A DNA stretch of 64,000 bases from an uncultured delta proteobacterium (GTDB lineage: Bacteria; Desulfobacterota; WTBG01), in contig CAWCBP010000001.1 of assembly GCA_963793865.1 (NCBI GenBank), forward strand, positions 1,088,001-1,152,000, written 5' to 3'. Positions within the stretch are counted from its first letter, which is position 1. Every line of letters starts with the position of its first letter. The notes beneath the pieces are model-generated. The model was not told the DNA's origin and did no database searches. It was given only the letters and a program-made list of their open reading frames with translations. Positions 8,970 to 20,028 of this stretch are shown piece after piece. The position numbers and the translations under genes are program-made.

Positions 8970-11453
8970 ATGAGACTTCATCAGTTAGCCAAGGAACTTA
9001 ATTTAACCGCCAAGGATCTCACCCCGCATCTCAAGAAGCTGGGCATTCAATTCAAGAACCACATGAGCGCCCTTTCTGAAGATGACGTGGCACGCATCAA
9101 GAACCTTTTGAATCCGCCGACAGCTGAAACCGTTGTCGAACAAAGGCTCAGACCGACCATCATCCGCAGGCGGAGAAAAGAGCACGAAGAGCCGCCGACG
9201 GCTGAGGTGACGGAAATCGCCGCTGAGGAGGCGGCACAGGCCTCCGGGACGCCGGTTGAGCCCGCCCCGGAAGAAGCACAGGAAATCGGGGAGACAAAAC
9301 CTGCCAGGGAAGCAATAACCGCAGAGGCTGCCGCGCCGCAGGAAAAGCAGACTGCTCCCGCAGCGCCTGGCCCCGCACAAGCAGCCGGCGCCGAGAAAAA
9401 AGAGGAAGCCAAGCCTTCCAAGATTAAGATACTTCCGACCAAGATCGTCCTCCCCGAAGAGGAGGAGGATGAGAAGAAGCTCCCCGCGAAAAAGAAGAAG
9501 CGCGGCAGAGAACGATTCTTCCCCGCGGAGGACATTGCGGTCAAAAAGAACATTCCTCTCTCATCCAAGGAGCTGGAAGAACAGGATACTGTGCTGCCGC
9601 TTGAGGAGCCTGCCAAAGTAACCAAGATTTTCCCTCCCCGGAAGAAAAAGAGCATCTCCCTGGTCAAAGGCAAAAAAACCGCCATTACCGTGCCAAAGGC
9701 CATCAAGCGGAAGATCAGGATCGTGGAGAGCATAACTGTCGGCCAGCTGGCAAAACGCATGAGCGTCAAGGCGGCCGAGGTTATTAAAAAGCTCATGCAG
9801 CTCGGGGTCATGGCTTCGCTGAATGAAATCATCGATGCCGACGCGGCCTCCCTTGCCGCGCATGAATTCGGTTATGAAATAGAGATGGTAAAGCGGGAGG
9901 AGGAGCAGATCCTGGTTAAAAAGCAGGACTCGCCCGATGCCCTGCTGCCCCGCGCGCCCATTGTTACGGTGATGGGCCACATTGACCACGGCAAAACCTC
10001 GCTGCTCGATGCCATCAGGCAAACCAACGTCACCGAAACCGAGGCCGGGGGCATCACCCAGCATGTCGGGGCTTATAACGTGCGCCTCGACAAGGGAAAC
10101 ATTGTCTTCATCGACACGCCCGGCCATGAGGCGTTTACCACCATGCGCGCCCGTGGAGCAAAGGTGACCGATATCGTGATTCTGGTCATTGCCGCAGACG
10201 ACGGGGTCATGCCCCAGACCATTGAGGCCATTGATCATTCAAAGGCGGCCCGGGTGCCGATCATTGTCACCATCAACAAAATTGACAAGCCCAATGCCGA
10301 CCCCGAGCGTATCAAGCAGGCGCTGACTGAATATGAACTTCTTCCTGAAGAGTGGGGGGGAGAAACCCTGTATGCTCAAATCTCGGCCAAGCAGCGCACC
10401 GGCATCGACACCCTCCTTGACACCATTCTGCTTCAGGCGGAAATGCTGGAGCTGAAGGCCAACCCCAACAAGCCCGCGGAAGGAACGGTCATTGAGGCCA
10501 GGCTGGATAAGAACCGGGGCATTATGGCCACCGTCCTCGTCCAGGAAGGAACGCTTAAAGTCGGGGACACCTTTATTTCCGGTGTTCACTTCGGCAAGGT
10601 GCGCTCCCTCATCAACGACCTGGGTGAATCAATTCAGCAGGCGGGCCCTTCCACACCGGTGCAGGTGATCGGACTCACCGGCATGCCGGATGCGGGAGAT
10701 ACTTTCCTGGTTATTGATGAAGAGAAAAAAGCACGGCAGGCGGGTATTTATCTGCAGCAGAAGCAGCGGGAGCAGGGCCTTGCGGAATCAGGCAGGCTTA
10801 CGCTCGAAGGGCTGCAAAGCCAGATAAGTGATGGTTCCGTCAAAGAGCTCAACGTGATTATAAAGGTTGACGTGCACGGCAGCCTCGATGCCGTCACCAA
10901 GTCCCTGGCGGAATTGGGAAATGAAAACGTAAAAATATCGGTTATCCACGGTGCCGTCGGTGCCATCAATCAATCGGATGTCATGCTCGCTTCCGCCTCA
11001 CAGGCCATCATCATCGGTTTCGGCGTCAAGCCGGACCCGAATGCAAAACAGCTTGCCGAGCAGGAAAAGGTGGACATCCGCTACTACAAGATCATTTATG
11101 ACGCAATCTCCGACGTGAAAAATGCACTGGAAGGGCTGCTCGCCCCCACGGTGGTTGAAAAGCTCGCCGGCAGGGCGGAAGTGCGCCAGGTGTTCAACCT
11201 GTCCAAGCAGGGCACCATCGCCGGGAGCATGGTCACCGAAGGAAAGATCAGTCGCGGAAGCATGGTTCGCCTCACCAGAAACGGCAGCATGATTCACCAG
11301 GGAAAGATCAACTCGCTCAAGCGGTTCAAGGATAACGTGCGGGAAGTCGAGGCGGGGCATGATTGCGGTATCGGCATAGAGGGCTTTGATGCATTTGAAG
11401 CCGGGGACATAATCGAATGCTATACCGTTGAGGAGTTCGCCACCAAATTATAA
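8970..11453 (+). CDS. infB: Translation initiation factor IF-2
   Basis: [25 protein letters not shown] GTPase motifs. Confidence 0.98.
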   Translation: MRLHQLAKELNLTAKDLTPHLKKLGIQFKNHMSALSEDDVARIKNLLNPPTAETVVEQRLRPTIIRRRRKEHEEPPTAEVTEIAAEEAAQASGTPVEPAPEEAQEIGETKPAREAITAEAAAPQEKQTAPAAPGPAQAAGAEKKEEAKPSKIKILPTKIVLPEEEEDEKKLPAKKKKRGRERFFPAEDIAVKKNIPLSSKELEEQDTVLPLEEPAKVTKIFPPRKKKSISLVKGKKTAITVPKAIKRKIRIVESITVGQLAKRMSVKAAEVIKKLMQLGVMASLNEIIDADAASLAAHEFGYEIEMVKREEEQILVKKQDSPDALLPRAPIVTVMGHIDHGKTSLLDAIRQTNVTETEAGGITQHVGAYNVRLDKGNIVFIDTPGHEAFTTMRARGAKVTDIVILVIAADDGVMPQTIEAIDHSKAARVPIIVTINKIDKPNADPERIKQALTEYELLPEEWGGETLYAQISAKQRTGIDTLLDTILLQAEMLELKANPNKPAEGTVIEARLDKNRGIMATVLVQEGTLKVGDTFISGVHFGKVRSLINDLGESIQQAGPSTPVQVIGLTGMPDAGDTFLVIDEEKKARQAGIYLQQKQREQGLAESGRLTLEGLQSQISDGSVKELNVIIKVDVHGSLDAVTKSLAELGNENVKISVIHGAVGAINQSDVMLASASQAIIIGFGVKPDPNAKQLAEQEKVDIRYYKIIYDAISDVKNALEGLLAPTVVEKLAGRAEVRQVFNLSKQGTIAGSMVTEGKISRGSMVRLTRNGSMIHQGKINSLKRFKDNVREVEAGHDCGIGIEGFDAFEAGDIIECYTVEEFATKL

Positions 11454-11495
11454 CCGGCTGACCGAGTTCCTCCGCGCTCGGCATGGAATACCACC

Positions 11496-11783
11496 ATGGT
11501 CATCGGAGTATGCCGTTTAGACCTGTTGATGCGCGAGAACGGGTCGCTCAAGGAGAAACGGCGCATCGTCAAACAGATTATTGACCGGGTGAAGCACCGT
11601 TTTAATGTTTCCATAGCCGAGGTGGGCAACAATGATCTCTGGCAGAGCGCCCAGTTGGGATTGTGCCTGGTAAGCAACGACCGGCGCTTCACCAATTCGT
11701 CGCTGGATACGATTCTGGATTTTATCGAGACCATAAACGTTGCTGAAGTGGTCAAGTCCGACATTGAGATCCTGACGCTGTAG
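11496..11783 (+). CDS. DUF503 (YlxP-like) protein
   Basis: SLKEKR and RFNVSIAEVG...D.WQ motifs; conserved position between infB and rbfA. Confidence 0.9.
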   Translation: MVIGVCRLDLLMRENGSLKEKRRIVKQIIDRVKHRFNVSIAEVGNNDLWQSAQLGLCLVSNDRRFTNSSLDTILDFIETINVAEVVKSDIEILTL

Positions 11784-11828
11784 GAAACGCGCTCTTCATC
11801 TGCGGCGTCCGGTTCGGGTGATCCGCAT

Positions 11829-12203
11829 ATGCTTAAACAATATGCCCGGTCAGACCGGGTGGCCGATGTCCTCCAGAAAGAAATCTGTGAGATGCTCCAT
11901 AAGGAGGTCAAGGATCCTCACCTCGGTTTTATAACCATTACCGGAGTTGAGGTGTCCCGGGATCTGAAGCTGGCAAAAATTTATTACACCATTCTCGGCC
12001 CGCCCGACCGGGTGGAAGATTCAACCCGGGCGCTGCGGCGCATAACCCCGTTTCTCAAAAGGGGGCTGGGCAGGAAGCTGCATTTGAGGGCCACACCTGA
12101 TATTGTATTCATATATGATCATTCACTGGAGTATGGTACAAAAATTGATCACATCCTTGACAGCCTCAGGGAATCCTCCGACCCGACTGCCCTTGAAGAG
12201 TGA
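11829..12203 (+). CDS. rbfA: Ribosome-binding factor A
   Basis: RSDRVAD...KDP...ITGVEVSRDLKLAKIYY; gene context. Confidence 0.95.
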   Translation: MLKQYARSDRVADVLQKEICEMLHKEVKDPHLGFITITGVEVSRDLKLAKIYYTILGPPDRVEDSTRALRRITPFLKRGLGRKLHLRATPDIVFIYDHSLEYGTKIDHILDSLRESSDPTALEE

Positions 12204-12260
12204 CCGTGCTGGTAATCCTGACATGGCTGATGAATTGTATCCTACCCATACCGCTTGGCT

Positions 12261-13214
12261 ATGGACGGCATTCTGATTATTGACAAACCGGACGGCATCA
12301 CCTCCTATCAGGTGGTGAACACAGTAAAACGCGTTACCCGCGTCGAGAAAGCGGGGCACGGCGGCACCCTTGATCCGCTGGCTACCGGTGTTCTGGCCGT
12401 TTTTCTCAACCGGGCAACCAGGCTGGTTTCCTATCTCATGAACGACATCAAAAGATACCGTGCCACCATGCTGCTCGGCATTGAAACCGACACCCAGGAC
12501 CGGGAAGGCCGGGTCATTGCCGAAAGCGCTTCGTATCCCCTCGACCCTTTGGAAATCACCCATGCGGTGCAATCTTTTAGCGGCGTCCTTGCGCAGGTTC
12601 CGCCCATGTATTCGGCACTGAAGCATCGCGGAACACCGATGTACAAGCTGGCCAGAAAGGGCATATGCCTCGATCGCCAGGCACGCAGTGTGCATATCTA
12701 CCGCATGCAGGTGCTCGACGTTCGCCCTCCCCTGGTAACCTTTGAGGTTGACTGTTCCCCGGGAACTTACATCAGAACCCTGTGCGATGATATCGGTCAC
12801 CGATTGGGATGCGGAGCGCACCTGGTTTCGCTTACCAGGCTCAGCTGCGGTTCATTCGGACTGGATGATGCCATATCGTTTCAGGATGTGCCTTCGCTGA
12901 GCGAGCGGGCTGTGCTCAAGCGGCGGATGGTATCCCTCCGCCGATCACTCGGACATCTGCCCATGGTAACGGTTACCGCCCCGGTTATGGACCTCCTCCG
13001 GGCAAGGAAAACCATCCCGGCATCGCAGCTGAAAAGTGTGCACCCCCCCGCACCGGAAAAGGCGGGGCTGTTCCAGGCAGCGTGTGACGGAGAGAGCGAA
13101 CTTGCGCTTGTCCAATCCCTGGTCAGCCCTGACAGGCTGGCGACGCTGCCCGAGGGCGGAGCTGCATGGAAACGGGTCTGTTTTTATAATCCGCAGGAAA
13201 ACACCATTCACTAA
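12261..13214 (+). CDS. truB: tRNA pseudouridine(55) synthase
   Basis: GHGGTLDPLATGVL, QVPPMYSALK, GTYIRTL. Confidence 0.97.
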   Translation: MDGILIIDKPDGITSYQVVNTVKRVTRVEKAGHGGTLDPLATGVLAVFLNRATRLVSYLMNDIKRYRATMLLGIETDTQDREGRVIAESASYPLDPLEITHAVQSFSGVLAQVPPMYSALKHRGTPMYKLARKGICLDRQARSVHIYRMQVLDVRPPLVTFEVDCSPGTYIRTLCDDIGHRLGCGAHLVSLTRLSCGSFGLDDAISFQDVPSLSERAVLKRRMVSLRRSLGHLPMVTVTAPVMDLLRARKTIPASQLKSVHPPAPEKAGLFQAACDGESELALVQSLVSPDRLATLPEGGAAWKRVCFYNPQENTIH

Positions 13215-13238
13215 TCACGAGAGGCGCAGGAGGTATAC

Positions 13239-13508
13239 ATGCCGCTGGCAACAGAACAAAAAAGGGACATCATCCAAAAACATAAAATGCACGATAAGGA
13301 CACGGGTTCGCCCGAGGTGCAGATCGCGCTGCTGACTGAACGGGTCAACTACCTTACCGACCATTTTAAAAAACACGCCAAGGACCATCACTCCCGCCAG
13401 GGATTGCTTAAAATCGTCAACCAGAGGCGGCGTTTGCTTAACTACATCAAGCGCATAGATCCGCCGCGATACCGGAAACTTATCGAGGAGCTGGGCATAA
13501 GAAAGTAG
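13239..13508 (+). CDS. rpsO: 30S ribosomal protein S15
   Basis: [19 protein letters not shown]. Confidence 0.98.
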   Translation: MPLATEQKRDIIQKHKMHDKDTGSPEVQIALLTERVNYLTDHFKKHAKDHHSRQGLLKIVNQRRRLLNYIKRIDPPRYRKLIEELGIRK

Positions 13509-13560
13509 CAGCCTGTTTCCCGGTTCGCGCACATACATTTAAAAAAGGAGTCAGACCATT

Positions 13561-15663
13561 ATGATTAAAAAAGTTACCTGTGAATGGGGTGGCAGGGCCA
13601 TCTCCATCGAGACCGGCAAGATAGCAAAGCAGACCAGCGGTTCAGTCACCGTTCAATACGGGGACAGCATCGTTCTGGTCACCGCGGTCGCCTCAAAAGT
13701 GCCCAGGGAAAATGCCAGCTTTTTCCCCCTGACTGTTGATTATCAGGAAATGACCTATGCCGCGGGCAAGATACCTGGCGGCTTTTTCAAAAGAGAAGGC
13801 CGCCCCAGCGAGCGGGAAATTTTGACCTCGCGTTTTATAGACCGCCCCCTGCGCCCCCTCTTCCCCGACGGATTCGTCAACGACGTTCAGATCATCGCCA
13901 CGGTGCTTTCCGCCGACCCGGAAAACAATCCCGACATACTGGCCATTATCGGCGCCTCGGCGGCCCTGACAATTTCCGACATCCCCTTCAGAGGCCCCAT
14001 CGCCGGGGTGCGCGTGGGCAGAATCGACGGCCGGTTCATCATCAATCCTTCCTGGGACCAGCTGGCGCAAAGCTCGCTTGATATCATCGTGGCGGGAAGC
14101 CGGGATGCGCTGGTAATGGTTGAGGGTGGGGCAAGCATTCTCTCCGAGGAAACCATGTCCGAGGCCATCTCCTGCGGTCACAGCTCCATCATGGACATCA
14201 TCGCCATGCAGGACGAGCTCAGGCAGGCGGTGGGCAAGCCGAAAATGACCTTTATTGAAGCCAGGCCCGATGAAACGCTCCTGAAGGAGGTTGAAGGCGT
14301 CGCCCGCGACAAAATCAACCGGGCGATTCGCATTGACGGGAAAAAGGAGCGCCGCGACACCCTCCAGGAGATTGAAAAAGAGACCATTGAAGCGCTCATT
14401 CCCGCCCATGAAGGCAAGGAGTCGGCCATACGCGACATCCTCGATTCCATCGAGGCGCGGCTCATCCGTGAAATGATCTCCCGTGAAAAGATCCGCATCG
14501 GCGGGAGAGGCTTTGCCGAAATTCGCAGCATCTCCAGCGAAGTGGGCATCCTGCCCAGGGCGCACGGCTCGGCCCTCTTCACCCGCGGCGAAACCCAGGT
14601 CCTGGCCTCAACCACCCTGGGCACGACCGAGGACGAACAGCGTATCGATTCACTCATGCAGAACGGCGGATCAAAGGCCTTCATGCTCCATTATAACTTC
14701 CCCCCCTTCTCGGTGGGCGAGGTCAAGTTCCTCCGCTCTCCCAGCAGGCGCGAAATAGGTCACGGCACGCTGGCGGAAAGGGCCATCTCCAGGGTGCTCC
14801 CCTCCAATGTTGAATTTCCCTACACCATCCGCATTGTCTCGGATGTGCTGGAATCAAACGGCTCCTCCTCCATGGCAACCGTCTGCGGCTCGATACTGTC
14901 GCTGATGGACGCCGGCGTTCCCATCAAGACGCCCGTTGCCGGCATCGCCCTCGGCCTCATCAAGGAAGGCGACGACTTCATCATCCTCTCGGACATCCTG
15001 GGTGATGAAGATCACATCGGTGACATGGACTTTAAGGTCGCCGGCACCCGGGAGGGGATTACCGCGTTGCAGATGGACATTAAGATCACCGGCATCACCC
15101 CCGAGATCCTGCGCAAGGCCCTCGCCCAGGCGCGGGAAGGCCGCCTTTTCATTCTGAATAAAATGGAAGAGACCATCAAGGAGCCGCGTACCGAGCTTTC
15201 GGTGTGGGCGCCCCGCATTGTCACCATCCAGGTCAAGACCGACCAAATCGGCGACGTCATCGGGCCGGGGGGCAAGGTGATCAAGGGCATTGTTGAGCAG
15301 ACCGGGGCAAAAATCGATATTGACGATACCGGGAAAGTCAACATTTTCTCACACGATCTTGAGTCGGTGCACAAGGCCATCGCCATGATCCAGGCCATCA
15401 CCCAGGAGCCCGAGCTGAACAAGATTTACCGCGGCAAGGTAAGGCGCATCGTCGATTTCGGGGCATTTGTGGAGATTTTCCCCGGCACCGACGGTTTGGT
15501 ACACATCTCCCAGCTGGCTGAAGGGCGGGTAAAAACGGTCCGCGATGTGGTCAAGGAAGGCGATGAAATCATGGTAAAAGTCATTGAGATCGATAGGCAG
15601 GGGAAAATCCGGCTGAGCCGGAAAGATGCGCTGGGTCAAAAACCGGAACGTGAAAACAATTAA
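13561..15663 (+). CDS. pnp: Polyribonucleotide nucleotidyltransferase
   Basis: [30 protein letters not shown] and S1 domains. Confidence 0.98.
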   Translation: MIKKVTCEWGGRAISIETGKIAKQTSGSVTVQYGDSIVLVTAVASKVPRENASFFPLTVDYQEMTYAAGKIPGGFFKREGRPSEREILTSRFIDRPLRPLFPDGFVNDVQIIATVLSADPENNPDILAIIGASAALTISDIPFRGPIAGVRVGRIDGRFIINPSWDQLAQSSLDIIVAGSRDALVMVEGGASILSEETMSEAISCGHSSIMDIIAMQDELRQAVGKPKMTFIEARPDETLLKEVEGVARDKINRAIRIDGKKERRDTLQEIEKETIEALIPAHEGKESAIRDILDSIEARLIREMISREKIRIGGRGFAEIRSISSEVGILPRAHGSALFTRGETQVLASTTLGTTEDEQRIDSLMQNGGSKAFMLHYNFPPFSVGEVKFLRSPSRREIGHGTLAERAISRVLPSNVEFPYTIRIVSDVLESNGSSSMATVCGSILSLMDAGVPIKTPVAGIALGLIKEGDDFIILSDILGDEDHIGDMDFKVAGTREGITALQMDIKITGITPEILRKALAQAREGRLFILNKMEETIKEPRTELSVWAPRIVTIQVKTDQIGDVIGPGGKVIKGIVEQTGAKIDIDDTGKVNIFSHDLESVHKAIAMIQAITQEPELNKIYRGKVRRIVDFGAFVEIFPGTDGLVHISQLAEGRVKTVRDVVKEGDEIMVKVIEIDRQGKIRLSRKDALGQKPERENN

Positions 15664-15693
15664 CCACTGCGGCGTGAACGGTTATCCTGCGAT

Positions 15694-16953
15694 ATGTACC
15701 AGAAATCAGTCCTTGAAAACGGTGTTACCATCGTCACCGAGCAGGTTCCTGCCGTCCATTCAGTCTCGCTCGGCGTCTGGATCATAACCGGCTCACGTGA
15801 TGAGGATACGGCGCAGAACGGCATTGCCCATTTCATCGAACACATGTTTTTCAAGGGCACTGCCAGGCGTTCAGCGCAGGATATATCAAAGGAGATAGAT
15901 TCGGTCGGCGGCATTCTCAACGCCCTTACCAGCAAAGAATATACCGGGATCTACGCGAAAGTTCTGGACAGGCATATCGGCGTTGCGTCAGACATCATTT
16001 CCGATGTCTTTCTCAATTCAACCTTTGACCCGCAGGAGATTGAGCGCGAGCGGGAGGTGATCGTTCAGGAAATTCTCCTCTCCGAAGACACCCCCGATGA
16101 GCACATCCAGGAGCTGTTCAGCAAGTCGTTTTTCCGTGACCATCCCCTTTCCATGCCCATCCTCGGCAGCAGAAAGACGGTAGGCGGCATCAACCGCGAC
16201 ACGCTGCTCGATTTCCTCAGGCGCCATCACTACCACCCTTCAAGAATCATCATTTCCGCGACCGGTAAAGTCAATCATGACCGGATTGTCGGCATCTTTC
16301 ATGACCATTTCGGAAGCATACCCCGGTGCAATACCTCCCCTGCACGATTACCGCTCAAGGCCGGATCCGATGTGGCCATTTACAGCAAGCCCCTTGAGCA
16401 GATACATATCTGCATCGGCACGCAGGGAGTAACCCAGGATGACACTTCCCGTTACGCGGGATATGTGCTCAATACCATCATCGGGGGCAGCATGAGCTCT
16501 CGATTATTCCAGGAAATCCGGGAGAAAAAAGGTCTCGCCTATTCCGTGTATTCCTACTTTTCCTCTTACTTTGACGCGGGAATGTTCGTGGTCTACCTGG
16601 GAGTGAGCAGGAAGGCGGCGCGTGAGGCCATCAAGCTGGTTATTGCGGAACTCAACAAGTTCAGGGACCAGGGCATAACCGAAGGGGAGCTCAGAACCGC
16701 CCAGGAGCACCTTAAGGGACATACCCTTTTGGCCGCCGAAAGCCCCGACAGCCGGATGACCCGCCTGGCCAAGTGCGAGATTTATTTTAACCGCTTCATT
16801 CCCCTGGAGGAAATTTTGACGGCCATCGACGCGGTTACGCCCCAAGACGTGCAAAATCTTGCCCGTGAGATCTTTGACCGGAAGTACCTCTCGCTGGCCG
16901 CCCTTGGACCGGTTTCATCCCGCGACATCACCCCCGACCTGCTGGACGCGTAA
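15694..16953 (+). CDS. M16 family zinc protease (pitrilysin-like)
   Basis: HFIEHMFFKG inverted zincin motif; SSRLFQEIREKKGLAYSV. Confidence 0.95.
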   Translation: MYQKSVLENGVTIVTEQVPAVHSVSLGVWIITGSRDEDTAQNGIAHFIEHMFFKGTARRSAQDISKEIDSVGGILNALTSKEYTGIYAKVLDRHIGVASDIISDVFLNSTFDPQEIEREREVIVQEILLSEDTPDEHIQELFSKSFFRDHPLSMPILGSRKTVGGINRDTLLDFLRRHHYHPSRIIISATGKVNHDRIVGIFHDHFGSIPRCNTSPARLPLKAGSDVAIYSKPLEQIHICIGTQGVTQDDTSRYAGYVLNTIIGGSMSSRLFQEIREKKGLAYSVYSYFSSYFDAGMFVVYLGVSRKAAREAIKLVIAELNKFRDQGITEGELRTAQEHLKGHTLLAAESPDSRMTRLAKCEIYFNRFIPLEEILTAIDAVTPQDVQNLAREIFDRKYLSLAALGPVSSRDITPDLLDA

Positions 16954-17008
16954 AGAATCCCGCTTGTTCAACGTTTATCTTTTCTTGTTTCTGCAAACCG
17001 CGCACTAC

Positions 17009-17102
17009 GAACGTCCAACATCGAACGCTCAACGTTCAACTTCCAATCATACACTGCTTCTCAATCCTTCAACTTTGGATAGTTGGATGTTCAACGTTCA
17101 TT
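17009..17102. repeat. Inverted arrays of degenerate 7-bp repeats between convergent genes
   Basis: GAACGTC CAACATC GAACGCT CAACGTT CAACTTC ... TTGGATA GTTGGAT GTTCAAC GTTC. Confidence 0.75.
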
Positions 17103-17124
17103 TTTAAATCATGGTCATCCATCG

Positions 17125-17895
17125 TCAGATTCTCTCACCCTTCTTCACCAAATAAATTAAAAACTCCCGGTTCTTTTTCGGGCCGGCAAGCGGGGATTCA
17201 ACCACACCCTTAACGGCAAGGCCTTCCTTTTCTGCAAACGAAGATACTTCATTGACAGCCTTTTCCTGCTTTTCGGCGTTACGGACAATCCCGCCGCTTC
17301 CCACCTCTTCACTGCTCAGCTCAAACTGGGGTTTTATCAGGGCAATGATCTCGCCGTCGCTTTTGAGCAGGGGGACCACCGAAGGAATGACCTTAATGAG
17401 GGAGATAAAGGAAACGTCGATGACTGCGGCGTCAGGCTCATCCTGCAGGCTGGTGCGGTCGAGGTATCGGATGTTGCTGCGCTCTATCAGCACCACCCGC
17501 TTATCACACCTGAGCTTCCAGGCCATCTGACCATAGCCGACATCCACGGCATATACCTTTGCCGCCCCGCGCTGTAAAAGGCAGTCGGTAAAACCGCCGG
17601 TTGAGGCCCCAACATCCAGAAAGACCCTCCCGGCGGTTGTAATATTGAAGTAATCCAGCGCTTTCTCCAGCTTGATACCGCCGCGGCTGACGTAGGGCAA
17701 CGGCTCGCCCCGGATTTCAACATCGGCACCGGGAGCCACGCGCGAGCCCGCTTTTACTTCCTTCCTGCCGTCCACGAACACCGTGCCGGCCATGATGCAG
17801 GCCTGCGCCTTGTGCCTGCTTTCAGCAAGGCCCCGGGCCACCAGCGCGCTGTCAAGACGCTCAGACCCGCCCCGCGAAGACTTTCTGTCTGTCAC
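17125..17895 (-). CDS. tlyA: TlyA family RNA methyltransferase
   Basis: S4 domain, YVSRGGIKL, DVGASTGGFTD, LIKPQFE; probable GTG start at 17895 with GGGAG, overlapping the end of dxs. Confidence 0.93.
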   Translation of the reverse strand: MTDRKSSRGGSERLDSALVARGLAESRHKAQACIMAGTVFVDGRKEVKAGSRVAPGADVEIRGEPLPYVSRGGIKLEKALDYFNITTAGRVFLDVGASTGGFTDCLLQRGAAKVYAVDVGYGQMAWKLRCDKRVVLIERSNIRYLDRTSLQDEPDAAVIDVSFISLIKVIPSVVPLLKSDGEIIALIKPQFELSSEEVGSGGIVRNAEKQEKAVNEVSSFAEKEGLAVKGVVESPLAGPKKNREFLIYLVKKGERI

Positions 17896-19765
17896 CGACC
17901 ATCTCCCGGACCGCAGCGGCAATGCCTTCAGCGTCCAGCCCGTACTTTTTGCGGATTATACCCTGGGACCCGTGTTCCACGAACACATCATTAACACCCA
18001 AACGCCGGACGCTCACGTCCGCAACGCCCCCCTCCGACAGGGCTTCCAGCACAGCGCTGCCGAAGCCGCCGGCGATCACGTTCTCCTCAACGGTGATTAT
18101 TTTTTTATGAGCCCTGGCCACATCACACACCATGTGCCTGTCCAGTGGCTTGATAAATCTGCAGTTCACCACACAGGCATCAATGCCTTCCTCTTTCAGG
18201 CGCTCGGCCGCCTCCAGCGCCGGATATACGGTAACGCCGATGGCCAGAACGGCCGCATCACGCCCCTGCCGCAGGATTTCAGCTTTCCCCGGCTCAAGGA
18301 TGCGCAGCTCATCGTCGAGCTTCACGCCGTAGCCGCTGCCCCGGGGATAGCGGATGGCAACCGGGCACTCATAGGACAGCGCCGTCCTGAGCATGTGCTG
18401 AAGCTCATTTTCATCTTTGGGCGCCATGATCACCAGGTGGGGAATGGTCCTCAGAAATGAGAGGTCAAAAAGGCCGTTGTGGGTGGCGCCGTCCTCTCCC
18501 ACGATCCCGGCCCGGTCCAGAACAAAGACCACGGGCAGCTTCTGGTAGCAGACATCGAGCACCAGCTGATCATACCCCCGCTGCAAAAAGGTCGAATATA
18601 TTGCCGTGACCGGGCGCAATCCCTCCGTGGCCATGCCCGCCGCAAAGGTTATGGCATGCTGCTCGGCAATGCCCACATCGAAAAATCGCTCCGGGAACTC
18701 CCTGCTGAAGGCGTCCAGGCCCGTGCCGCCGGGCATGCCGGCGGTTATGGCCACGATGCGTTTATCATCCCGGGCCAGTTTCAGCAGCGTCGAGGCAAAT
18801 ACCCCGGTATAACTGGGCGCGGCAACCCCCGTCTTCAACGGGCTGCCCGTGGGCACATCAAACGGGCCCGTGCCGTGAAAGGTGATGGGATCCTGCTCGG
18901 CCGGCTTGTAGCCCTTGCCTTTGCTGGTCAGCACGTGGAACAGAATCGGGCCCTGGAGCCTGCGCAAATTAACCATATTTTCCAGCAAATGATCGAAGCG
19001 ATGGCCGGAGATGGGTCCGATGTACCGGAATCCGAGCTCCTCGAAAAGGATGCCGGGGGTAAACAATCCCTTCAAAAATTCCTCGGACTGCCTCAGCACC
19101 TTCAGCATCGACTTCCCGATCCCGGGGATGGTTTCGATAAAGGTGTTAAATTCATTCTTGAAGCGGTTGTAAAACTGGCCGGTGATAATCCGCGAGAGGT
19201 AGGCTGAAAGCCCGCCGACGTTGGGGGAAATGGACATCTCGTTGTCATTAAGAATGACAATGATATCCTTCTTCAGGTGACCGGCGTGGTTTAATCCTTC
19301 AAGGGCGATTCCCGCCATCAGGGAACCGTCACCGATGACGGCAACAACCTTGTGGCGCTCGCCTTTAATGCAGCGGGATTGAGCCATGCCCAGCGCGGCG
19401 GAGATGGAGGTGCTGCTGTGACCGACGTTGAAGGTGTCATACACGCTTTCTTCCCGGCGCGGAAAGCCGCTGGCGCCGCCGTATTGCCGGAGGGTGCGGA
19501 ACTGCTCCCGCCTCCCGGTGATGATCTTGTGGGCGTACGCCTGGTGGCCCACATCCCAGACGATTTTATCATCCGGGGTATTAAACGCATAGTGCAGGGC
19601 GATGGTCAGCTCGACCACGCCCAGGCTCGATGCCAGGTGCCCGCCGGTTCTGGAAATGGTGTCGATAATTTCTTCCCGGATTTCCTGCGCCAGCTGAGGC
19701 AGCTGGTCCGGTTTCAGCAGGCGCAGCGCCGCCGGGCCATTGATCCCGTCAAGAAGTCGCGTCAT
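17861..19765 (-). CDS. dxs: 1-deoxy-D-xylulose-5-phosphate synthase
   Basis: WDVGHQAY, IGDGS, DVGIAEQHA, DRAG. Confidence 0.98.
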   Translation of the reverse strand: MTRLLDGINGPAALRLLKPDQLPQLAQEIREEIIDTISRTGGHLASSLGVVELTIALHYAFNTPDDKIVWDVGHQAYAHKIITGRREQFRTLRQYGGASGFPRREESVYDTFNVGHSSTSISAALGMAQSRCIKGERHKVVAVIGDGSLMAGIALEGLNHAGHLKKDIIVILNDNEMSISPNVGGLSAYLSRIITGQFYNRFKNEFNTFIETIPGIGKSMLKVLRQSEEFLKGLFTPGILFEELGFRYIGPISGHRFDHLLENMVNLRRLQGPILFHVLTSKGKGYKPAEQDPITFHGTGPFDVPTGSPLKTGVAAPSYTGVFASTLLKLARDDKRIVAITAGMPGGTGLDAFSREFPERFFDVGIAEQHAITFAAGMATEGLRPVTAIYSTFLQRGYDQLVLDVCYQKLPVVFVLDRAGIVGEDGATHNGLFDLSFLRTIPHLVIMAPKDENELQHMLRTALSYECPVAIRYPRGSGYGVKLDDELRILEPGKAEILRQGRDAAVLAIGVTVYPALEAAERLKEEGIDACVVNCRFIKPLDRHMVCDVARAHKKIITVEENVIAGGFGSAVLEALSEGGVADVSVRRLGVNDVFVEHGSQGIIRKKYGLDAEGIAAAVREMVGDRQKVFAGRV

Positions 19766-19771
19766 ACGTGT

Positions 19772-20005
19772 TTATTCTTCCCCTTCATCCAAAAATGGTT
19801 TCGTTTCCGGCGTATCGCCGTCCCCCTGCAGCAGCATCTCCACCCTTTTCTCCGCTTCCTCCAGCTGCTTGGAACAGAGGCGCGAAAGCTTTATGCCGTC
19901 TTCAAACAGCTTGAGCGATGCCTCCAGGGTCAGGTCACCCTGTTCAAGCTGCTTCACAATCTCCTCAAGCCTTTTCAAGGATTCTTCAAATTTTTTTACG
20001 GCCAT
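19772..20005 (-). CDS. xseB: Exodeoxyribonuclease VII small subunit
   Basis: FEESLKRLEEIVKQLE...LFEDG; gene context. Confidence 0.96.
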   Translation of the reverse strand: MAVKKFEESLKRLEEIVKQLEQGDLTLEASLKLFEDGIKLSRLCSKQLEEAEKRVEMLLQGDGDTPETKPFLDEGEE

Positions 20006-20028
20006 GATATCCTACCTCGGGATTGGTG

